This document shows, piece after piece, positions 36,028 through 43,426 of a stretch of 64,000 nucleotides of DNA. The notes under the pieces are model-generated. The model saw only the letters and a list, made by a program, of their open reading frames with translations, was not told where the DNA came from and made no database searches. Source of the stretch: an uncultured bacterium (GTDB lineage: Bacteria > Planctomycetota > UBA1135 > GCA-002686595); the NCBI GenBank assembly GCA_943787795.1, contig CALSNU010000003.1:491708-555707 (forward strand), in the 5' to 3' direction. A program made the position numbers and the translations under genes. Positions within the stretch are counted from its first letter, which is position 1, and every line of letters begins with the position of its first letter.

Positions 36028-36576
36028 TCAGCTCCCGGACTCGACCTGGCCCTTCAGGTTCAGGAGCCCCTTGTCGAACATGCTGCAGAGCTCGGCGTCC
36101 ATCAGGGGCGTCATGAGGCCAGCCAGGGCGCGCGGCATGAAGTCGTCGACGTCGCCCTCCATGGTCCAGGTGACCGTGGTGGACCCATCGGCCTCCCCAT
36201 AGGTCATCGAGCAGACCGCCGGCGCCCGCAGCCCGTCCATGATGAAGGCCATCTCGTACGCGATGCCGCTCTCCGGGTCCGAGCGGGTGAGGGTCAACTC
36301 GCCGTTCCCCTGGTCCGAGGTCCAGGTCTGGCTGGCCCCGGCGCCGACGGTCTGGTCGCCGTAGGTGGTCACGATCGAGGGGTCCTCCTCTTCCCATGGG
36401 GCCCACGCCGGCCACTTCTCCAGGTCGTTGACGTGCACATGGATGGCCGCCGGCGCCGCGTCCATCGTGAGGGAGCGTTCGATCCGGTAGGTCGTCGGCA
36501 TGAGCATGCCCGCGATGGCGCCAACGACGACCAGCAGGACCAGGGCGCCGAGCACGAGGGTCAGGACTTTCTTCAT
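36028..36576 (-). CDS. SRPBCC (START/polyketide cyclase-like) family protein
   Basis: N-terminal TM then IERS...VNDLEKWPAWAPW...GAGASQTW...TTVTWTM...KGLLNLK. Confidence 0.88.
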   Translation of the reverse strand: MKKVLTLVLGALVLLVVVGAIAGMLMPTTYRIERSLTMDAAPAAIHVHVNDLEKWPAWAPWEEEDPSIVTTYGDQTVGAGASQTWTSDQGNGELTLTRSDPESGIAYEMAFIMDGLRAPAVCSMTYGEADGSTTVTWTMEGDVDDFMPRALAGLMTPLMDAELCSMFDKGLLNLKGQVESGS

Positions 36577-36806
36577 GGCAATCGTCTCGCTTCACTGTCT
36601 CGCTGGACCGTCACGGGGGCGTGCGTCCTTCCCTTGGGCCGGGCTCCGTGCCGCCCCCGAAGTCTGAGACCCCGGCCGCTGGCGCGATCTTACCCCGTGC
36701 CGTCGACGCTGCCGCGGAAGTTGCCCTCAGGCCCCCTGCGCCCGCGCGCGGCCCTCCCCTGCACTCGGTGGTGAGCCCCAGGGAGGGGCGCGCTCGCCGG
36801 CTCGGA

Positions 36807-38381
36807 TCAGCGCGTCAGCGGGACTTCGACGATGCACAGCGAGTGGGGGGGCAGGCGGACCGCTCCGGCCTTGAAGGTCACCTCGGTCACCGCGGGCGTC
36901 ACTCGGTCCGGATGCTGGATGTCGTTGTAGGCGTCCGGGGACGCTCCGGTGAGGAGCGTCGCCTGGAAGGTGCCATCGACGAGCCGGTCGCCCAGCTGGA
37001 GCGTGCAGGTGACCTCGTCCGAAGGGTGGCGGTTCATCATGGCCACGGACCAGCTCCGACCGGACTCGTCGACCGTGGCGATGGCGTCGACCATGGCGAC
37101 CGAGGCATCACCCTCGAAGAGTCGGTCCGACTCCACGCGCGCCTTGGCGATCCGGGGGCCGAGCTGGTTCGCGTACATGGCCATGGCGTGGAAGTGGGTC
37201 CTGCGGACGACGCCTTCGGGGTGCACGTACAGGGGGCCCGTCTGGTTCACCAGGCACGCGATGTTCGCCATGGAGACCTGGTCCGCGTGGCGCAGGCAGG
37301 CGTTGAAGAAGGACGCGCAGAACAGGGCGTCCGCCATGGTGTAGAGGGACGGCTCGAGGCTCTTGTCGCGGGCGGCGAGCAGGGCGATGACCTCGGGGTC
37401 GCTGGGGTCGACCTGGCGAGGGTGGTGACCTGAGAAGCCCGGGTGGTGCCATGAGCGCAGGTTCCACTCATCGAAGGCGATGGAGAGCCGCCCGCGCATC
37501 CCCGCCCCCTCGATCGCGTCCACCACGGCGCCCACGTGCGCGTCAGGCTTCTCGGACAGCATCATGCAGGCGAGGTAGTCGGGGGTCTGGTGCTGCTGGT
37601 AGTTGGGGACCCAGTACTCGTGGATCGAGAGGAGGTCGAGGTGCTCCCCGGCGGTCTCGAACAGGTAGGGGTCGATGTGAGCCCTGGGCCCGTGGGAGCC
37701 CGAGCAGGTCACCTGGATGCTCGGGTCCACGCGCTTCATGGCCACGGCGGTGTCCCGGACCTTGTCGATGTAGCCCCGCCCGCCCTTCTCGTTGCCCACG
37801 CTCCAGAAGCGCACGCCGAAGGGTTCGGGGTGCCCGTTCCTGGCCCGCAGCTCGGCGAGCTCGCCCTCCGTGTCATTGCAGTAGCCCACCCAGTCGGCCA
37901 TCTCCGGGATGTCGGCGAGGCTGTTCTGGCAGATGTACGGCTCCGCCCCGAGCCGCCGGCAGAGCTCGATGAACTCGTGGGTCCCGAAGGTGTTGGGTTC
38001 CAGCACGCCCCAGCGGTCGTCGCGGTAGGGCTGACGCGCCTCACCGACCCCCTTCTTCCAGTGATAGCTGTCCACGAAGCAGCCGCCCGGCCAGCGGATG
38101 ACGGGGACCCTCAGCTCCCTGACCGCCTCGATGACGTCGAGGCGAAAGCCTGCGCTGTCGGCGAGCGGTGAGCCTGGGTCGAAGAAGCCGCCGTAGATCT
38201 GCTTGCCCAGGTGTTCGATGAAGCCCCCGAAGATCATCGGGTCGTAGGGCACGGCGGGACCGTCCACGTCGACGACGATGGAGGCCTGATTCGAGTCCAG
38301 GGGGGGCTCCACGCCTGCGATCGCCCCGGCGCATGCCGGCCCCGTCGGCGCGAGGGCGAGGAGGATCAGGGGAACGCTCAT
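36807..38381 (-). CDS. GH51 alpha-L-arabinofuranosidase, secreted
   Basis: GGFIEHLG, IRWPGGCFVDSYHW, NTFGTHEF, acid/base VGNE and nucleophile AFDEWN. Confidence 0.92.
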   Translation of the reverse strand: MSVPLILLALAPTGPACAGAIAGVEPPLDSNQASIVVDVDGPAVPYDPMIFGGFIEHLGKQIYGGFFDPGSPLADSAGFRLDVIEAVRELRVPVIRWPGGCFVDSYHWKKGVGEARQPYRDDRWGVLEPNTFGTHEFIELCRRLGAEPYICQNSLADIPEMADWVGYCNDTEGELAELRARNGHPEPFGVRFWSVGNEKGGRGYIDKVRDTAVAMKRVDPSIQVTCSGSHGPRAHIDPYLFETAGEHLDLLSIHEYWVPNYQQHQTPDYLACMMLSEKPDAHVGAVVDAIEGAGMRGRLSIAFDEWNLRSWHHPGFSGHHPRQVDPSDPEVIALLAARDKSLEPSLYTMADALFCASFFNACLRHADQVSMANIACLVNQTGPLYVHPEGVVRRTHFHAMAMYANQLGPRIAKARVESDRLFEGDASVAMVDAIATVDESGRSWSVAMMNRHPSDEVTCTLQLGDRLVDGTFQATLLTGASPDAYNDIQHPDRVTPAVTEVTFKAGAVRLPPHSLCIVEVPLTR

Positions 38382-38611
38382 GGGGCCATTTATCCGGCAG
38401 CGGAGGGGGTGGGACAAGCACCATGTGCCGTGCGGTGTGCGTTCTTCAGGGGGCGCTTGCAGGATCATGGTTTTGGGTGCCATGAGGGCTCGGGCTGTTC
38501 GGGGTGAGCTCGGGAGCGACCTCGGGAGCGAGCTTCAGGGCGACCGTGCGCCGCGGGCGTGCTGGAGTTCGGTCCGGACGAGGCGGGCCGGCTGCTATTC
38601 TCTCCGGCCCC

Positions 38612-41600
38612 ATGACCTCCAGCTCCCATCCGGCTTCCAGCTCCAGCTTCGGAGGTGACCTCTCGCCCGGCGAGCTCCTCGACGGGCGCTACAAGATCGT
38701 GGCGATGGTCGGAGAGGGTGGCATGGGGCAGGTCTACCTCGCGGAGGACCAGGTCCTTGGGCAGCCGATCGCCTTGAAGCTCCTGCCCGCGGCCATGGCG
38801 GAGCGCGCTGGAACCCTCGAGAGCTTCCTCGCGGAGGTGCGGCATTCGCGCGAGGTGTCCCACCCGAACGTGGCCCGGGTCCACGACATCGGGACCTTCG
38901 AAGGCCGGCACTTCCTCACGATGGAGTTCGTCGATGGGGAGACCCTCGAGCGCTTGATCCGCCGCATCGGCAACCTCCCCAACGAGAAGGCGGCCCAGAT
39001 CGCCCTGGAGATCTGCGCTGCGCTCACGGAGGTTCACCGCAAGGGGGTCCTGCATCGCGACCTCAAGCCGGCGAACGTCATGATCGACGGGGACGGGCAC
39101 GTGCGGCTCACGGACTTCGGGCTGGCTGTGCTTGAGGCGCAGGGCTCGGACGCGGCGATGGGTGGAACCCCGGCCTACATGGCGCCCGAGGATCTCCGAG
39201 GGGCGGCCCCGAGCATCTCGGGTGAGGTCTTCGCCCTTGGGCTCGTCCTCTGTGAGCTGTACTCGGGTGAGAGGGTCATGGGGGGGCGCGCCGTTGACGA
39301 GCTGCGCCGCGAGCACAGCAGCGGGGCGCCGGAGCGATCGGTGGAGGTGCTGCGTGAGCGCGCGCCTCGGGTCGCTTCGATTCTCGCGCGCTGCCTGGCG
39401 CCTGAGCCCAGGGACCGACCCGACCTTGAGGAGGTCCGAAGGACCTTCGCGGCCGAGCGCGACCAGCGCCCTCTCACCGAGGCCCGGCTCGAAGCCGCTG
39501 GCGCCGCGACCAACCTCCCGCGACTCCTCACCGGGCTCGTGGGGCGCTCCTCGGAGCTGGACGAGGTCGAGGGGGCCCTGGCGGGGGGCCCGCTGGTCAC
39601 CCTCTCGGGTCCAGGTGGGGCGGGCAAGACGCGATTGGCCCTCGAGGTCGGTCACCGCGCCCTCGCGGGGGCCCCAGGGGGCATCTGGATCGTTGACCTC
39701 TGCGGGCTCGGGGACGGGGCGTCGCTCGCTGAACTGGTCTCGACGGTGATCGGTGCCCAGGGGGCCAGCTCGGGCTCCACGCTCGAGGCCGTGTGTGCGC
39801 ACCTGCGGGCGAGCCCCGGACTCCTCATCCTCGACAACTGCGAGCATCTCGTCGACGACTGCGCCGCGCTGGCGGCCGAGGTGCTCGCCGGAGCACCAGA
39901 GGCTCGTATCCTGGCGACCTCTCAGGAGCCCCTGGGGCTGGCGGAGGAGCAGGTGGTCCGCCTGGCGCCGCTCGAGGTCCCTGCCGCGGGGGGACGGCCC
40001 GGCCTGCAGGAGATCGAAGGGTCGGCGGCCGTGCAGCTGTTCGTCGAGAACGCCCAGCTCGCCAACCCCTCGTTCGTGCTCACGGAGGACAACGCGCCAT
40101 CGGTGGCAGAGATCTGCCGGCGCCTGGATGGGATTCCGCTGGCCATCAAGCTCGCGGCGGCGCGCGCAGGGAAGATCTCGCTGGCGGACATCGCACAACG
40201 GCTCGACCAGCGCTTCAGGCTCCTCACCGGCGGACGGCGCGGGGAGCCCGATCGCCAGCGAACCCTCCGCGGCGCGCTGGACTGGAGCCATGAGCTCCTC
40301 TCGGAGAGCGAGCAGCGCGTGTTCCGCTCCCTGGCCGTGTTCGCGGGGTCGTTCACCCTGGCGGCGGCCGAGGAGGTGGTCTGGAAGGACGACGATGACC
40401 CGTGGAGCTCGCTGGATGACTTCACGCGCCTCGTGGATCGCTCGCTGGTGCTGGTGCGCCATGACCCCGCCGGCGGCATCCGCTACGTCCTGCTGGAGTC
40501 GATCCGCTCCTACGCCGCCGAACGCCTCGAGGCGAGCGGAGCGCGGGACGAGCTGCGCCGTCGGCACCGGGCCTTCTTCCTCGGGCTCGCGCCGGGCCTG
40601 GTGGAGACCGCGCTGAAGGGCCCCGAGGAGGCGGACCGCCGAGTGCTCCTCGAGGAGATGGACAACCTCCGGCTGGTGCTCGAGGTCCTCGGCCCCGAGG
40701 ACCTGGAGACCAGCCTGGCGATGGGCTCGGCGCTCGCCGAGTACTGGTTCAACTCGGGGTTCTGGAGGGAGGGCCGCCGCTACCTGCAGCAGCTCCTCGG
40801 TGAAGATGCCGCGCACCTCGACATGGCGCTCCGCCGGGCCCCCTTGTACTGGGCCGGCAAGCTCGCGCAGGGCCTCGGCAAGATGGACGAGGCAGAGCAG
40901 CGGCTGAGTGAGCTCCTCAGGCTGTCGGTGGAGGGCCAGGACCAGGCGTCGCGCAGGCTGGCGCTCTCTGGGCTCGGGAACCTCGCGGAGTACCGGACGG
41001 AGTACAGCCGCGCCGAGGACCTCTACCGGGAGAGCTTGGAGCTGTGCCGCGAGGCGGGGGATGAGCGCGGGCTCGCGGCAGCCCTGGGCAATCTGGGGGT
41101 CGTCGCCCAGCGGCGCGGCGACATCTCGACGGCTCGCGCCTCCTTCAAGGAGGCAAGCGAGCACTTCGCCGCGCTGGGCCTTCAAGCCCAGGTGGGCGCT
41201 GGCCTCAACAACCTCTGCGTCCTGTCCATCCTCGAGGGTGACATGGATTCGGCGAGGGATCTGGGGATGCAGAGCCTCGCGATCCGGCAGAACCTGGGGG
41301 ACACCTCCGGCGTCGGCGGATGCCACACGAACCTCGCGGCCATCGAGCTTGAGTGTGGGGCGCTTCCGCAGGCGGCGGAGCATGCAGGCAAGGCCCTGGG
41401 CATCACGCTGGAGCTGGGCGCGATGTACCACGTGGCCGGCGTGCTTGACCTGTGCGGTGAGATCCTGGCCGCCGCCGAGCAGCCGGACGTGTCGGCGCGG
41501 CTCTGGGCCCGGGCGAAGCGTCTCCGTGGTGACCTGGGGACGCCCGTCTCCGAGGGTGAACAAAAGGCCCTTGAGCCGAAGATCGCGAGCGTCAAGGAGG

Positions 41601-41704
41601 CGCTCGGCGCAGAGCGGTTCGAGGCAGAGTGGAAGCTCGGTGACGTCGGCGAGCTGGAGCCCCTCGTCGAGGTCCTACGCGAGCGGCTGGGATCGCTGGT
41701 GTGA
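38612..41704 (+). CDS. Ser/Thr protein kinase - STAND NTPase (NB-ARC/AfsR-like) - TPR protein
   Basis: Kinase motifs GEGGMGQVY, ALK, HRDLKPAN, DFG and APE; Walker A GPGGAGKT; Walker B LLILDNCE; LDGIPLAI; C-terminal TPRs (ALSGLGNLA, ALGNLGVVA, GLNNLCVL). Confidence 0.9.
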   Translation: MTSSSHPASSSSFGGDLSPGELLDGRYKIVAMVGEGGMGQVYLAEDQVLGQPIALKLLPAAMAERAGTLESFLAEVRHSREVSHPNVARVHDIGTFEGRHFLTMEFVDGETLERLIRRIGNLPNEKAAQIALEICAALTEVHRKGVLHRDLKPANVMIDGDGHVRLTDFGLAVLEAQGSDAAMGGTPAYMAPEDLRGAAPSISGEVFALGLVLCELYSGERVMGGRAVDELRREHSSGAPERSVEVLRERAPRVASILARCLAPEPRDRPDLEEVRRTFAAERDQRPLTEARLEAAGAATNLPRLLTGLVGRSSELDEVEGALAGGPLVTLSGPGGAGKTRLALEVGHRALAGAPGGIWIVDLCGLGDGASLAELVSTVIGAQGASSGSTLEAVCAHLRASPGLLILDNCEHLVDDCAALAAEVLAGAPEARILATSQEPLGLAEEQVVRLAPLEVPAAGGRPGLQEIEGSAAVQLFVENAQLANPSFVLTEDNAPSVAEICRRLDGIPLAIKLAAARAGKISLADIAQRLDQRFRLLTGGRRGEPDRQRTLRGALDWSHELLSESEQRVFRSLAVFAGSFTLAAAEEVVWKDDDDPWSSLDDFTRLVDRSLVLVRHDPAGGIRYVLLESIRSYAAERLEASGARDELRRRHRAFFLGLAPGLVETALKGPEEADRRVLLEEMDNLRLVLEVLGPEDLETSLAMGSALAEYWFNSGFWREGRRYLQQLLGEDAAHLDMALRRAPLYWAGKLAQGLGKMDEAEQRLSELLRLSVEGQDQASRRLALSGLGNLAEYRTEYSRAEDLYRESLELCREAGDERGLAAALGNLGVVAQRRGDISTARASFKEASEHFAALGLQAQVGAGLNNLCVLSILEGDMDSARDLGMQSLAIRQNLGDTSGVGGCHTNLAAIELECGALPQAAEHAGKALGITLELGAMYHVAGVLDLCGEILAAAEQPDVSARLWARAKRLRGDLGTPVSEGEQKALEPKIASVKEALGAERFEAEWKLGDVGELEPLVEVLRERLGSLV

Positions 41705-41761
41705 GGGGCGGCCGCCCTTGGAGGGGCCGCCGCTGCGGATGACCCCGACGGCCGCCGCCAC

Positions 41762-41812
41762 TCCCCGAGCGGGCCCCCGAGTGGGCCCCCGCGCGGCCCC
41801 TCCGAGCGGACC
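41762..41812. repeat. 12-bp degenerate tandem repeat (~4 copies) between convergent genes
   Basis: ccccgagcgggc/ccccgagtgggc/ccccgcgcggcc/cctccgagcggac. Confidence 0.6.
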
Positions 41813-41868
41813 GGGTCCACGCGGCGGCTCCCAGTGGCCCTCATGCTTCCCGGCGCGGTTCAGCCTCG

Positions 41869-42081
41869 TCAGGGGGTCGAGAGTTCCCCTTGGGCGCGCT
41901 TGAACCAAGCGATGGTGCGGTCGAGGTGCTTCGTCCCGTAGAGCTTGGTGAACTCCCGGGTCTTGGGATGGTCGGGGTCGCGCATCTCGGCGAGGCGGGC
42001 GTCGACGAACTCCTGCGTCAACGGGATGCCGCAGCGGACTTCGATGCACTCGCGCCAGGCCTCGTAGGTGGTGAGGTTCAT
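41869..42081 (-). CDS. Small conserved-looking hypothetical protein
   Basis: MNLTTYEAWRECIEVRCGIPLTQEFVDARLAEMRDP...YGTKHLDRTIAWF; strong GC3 bias. Confidence 0.75.
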   Translation of the reverse strand: MNLTTYEAWRECIEVRCGIPLTQEFVDARLAEMRDPDHPKTREFTKLYGTKHLDRTIAWFKRAQGELSTP

Positions 42082-42189
42082 GGGTGGGTCGTGTGAGTCA
42101 TTCAAAGGGCCTGTCGGCATGGACGGTCCAGCGGCGACGAGGTGTTGAGGGATGGGGCCTCCGCAACGTACGCGCGGGAGGGCGGAGAC

Positions 42190-42864
42190 TCACTCGATCC
42201 AGTCGAGGGTGAGCACCACCCGTCGTCCTCCGTTGGGCGGGGGCGATCGGTGGACGACGGCGCGCTCGGACGCGTACGGCCAGGTCGTTCCCTTGAAGAT
42301 CGCCAGGTGGCCGCAGTCGGAGCGGCCGAGGCGATCCCAGCTTCGGACGAGGCCGGAGGTGGCATCGTCGGGGCCTCCGGCGTGGCCCAGGCGCGCGCGG
42401 TCGACGTCCCGGTCGTCGAGCCACTCCGTCGGGGCCCCAAGGACATTGAGCACCCCCCGCGCCACGACGCGGTCCACATGGAACCGAGGACAGTGGGGCC
42501 CATCGGCCACCAACTGACGAACTCCGACCGCCTCAGCGCCCAGGAGCTGGGCAAAGACGCTGACGGCCTCTTCCACGTAGGCCACCCACGCGGCCGCGTC
42601 GTCGTCGGCCTCGAGCGCGAGTGGCGCGAGCGCGCCTGTGAGTGGCTCGCCCTCGGGCGTCGCGACCTCGGCGGTCCAGCTTCGGGGCCCGGCCCGGGCC
42701 AGCGCCTCCGCATGTGCGAGCGCCGCCGCGCTGGGCTCGATGGGCGCGGTCACGAGCATCACCTCGGGCTCGTAGAGCCGCGCGAGGTCGGGCAGCGTGG
42801 TCCCGCGAACAACGGGCTCAGCGGTCGGGCCCAGGGTGGAGGAGGGGAGGTCTGAGTACTGCAA
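42190..42864 (-). CDS. DUF1826 domain-containing protein
   Basis: CPRFHVD, TEWL, AIFKG and VVHRSP...RVVLTLD, the signature of DUF1826; TTG start is uncertain. Confidence 0.85.
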   Translation of the reverse strand: MQYSDLPSSTLGPTAEPVVRGTTLPDLARLYEPEVMLVTAPIEPSAAALAHAEALARAGPRSWTAEVATPEGEPLTGALAPLALEADDDAAAWVAYVEEAVSVFAQLLGAEAVGVRQLVADGPHCPRFHVDRVVARGVLNVLGAPTEWLDDRDVDRARLGHAGGPDDATSGLVRSWDRLGRSDCGHLAIFKGTTWPYASERAVVHRSPPPNGGRRVVLTLDWIE

Positions 42865-43079
42865 GTCCTGGCGCGGCCAAGGAGTTCAGGCTCCGCGGCT
42901 ATGCGGGCAATGCCGCCGGGCCCCATGGGGTTCCGAGCGTGTGGTGATTTTCGCACCACCAGCCCGGCCGCGCCCTGGCCCCGACGCGAACCCAACCCAG
43001 AGCGGGCGAACCGACCGTCAAGGGACTCATCCCAGGACCCCGCGCCCCTCCCCGCCGGCGCCAGCCCAGCCCACGGGCC

Positions 43080-43365
43080 TCACTGGAACGTCACTGCCAC
43101 CGCGTCCGTGAAGCTCGAGGCGGTCTGCCCGCCGACCGCGTCCCGGTACCAGAGCTGGAAGTTCCAGGCCTCGCCCGGCTGAACCGACACCAGCCCCGTG
43201 GGGGTCGACTGGGCGTTGAGGTTGAGGTCGAGGTAGGTCACGCCCGTGGCGCCCGATGTCTGGATTTGTCCCGGGCCGACGAATCGTCCCACGCTCCCCT
43301 GCAGGCAGGGGGCGCCCTGGCTGTTGCTGACGATCGGGACTTAGCCCTGGGTCTGGGAGGTGGAG
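43080..43365 (-). pseudogene. Orphan remnant of the secreted-protein C-terminal domain
   Basis: TSQTQG*VPIVSNSQGAPCLQGSVGRFVGPGQIQ...GEAWNFQLWYRD...SFTDAVAVTFQ is similar to the 57787-58209 domain. It has an internal TAA and no upstream body. Confidence 0.7.
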
Positions 43366-43426
43366 CCTTCGCGTTAGGAGTCCGGACGGGTGGGAAGTGG
43401 CCGTTGGCTCACCTGGCGCCGGGGGC

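Noticed and set aside
42865..43079. Riboswitch upstream of DUF1826 (and upstream of the BtuF-like gene at 15460-15690)
   Set aside because: I could not find cobalamin or other riboswitch consensus elements by eye; a covariance-model search would be needed.
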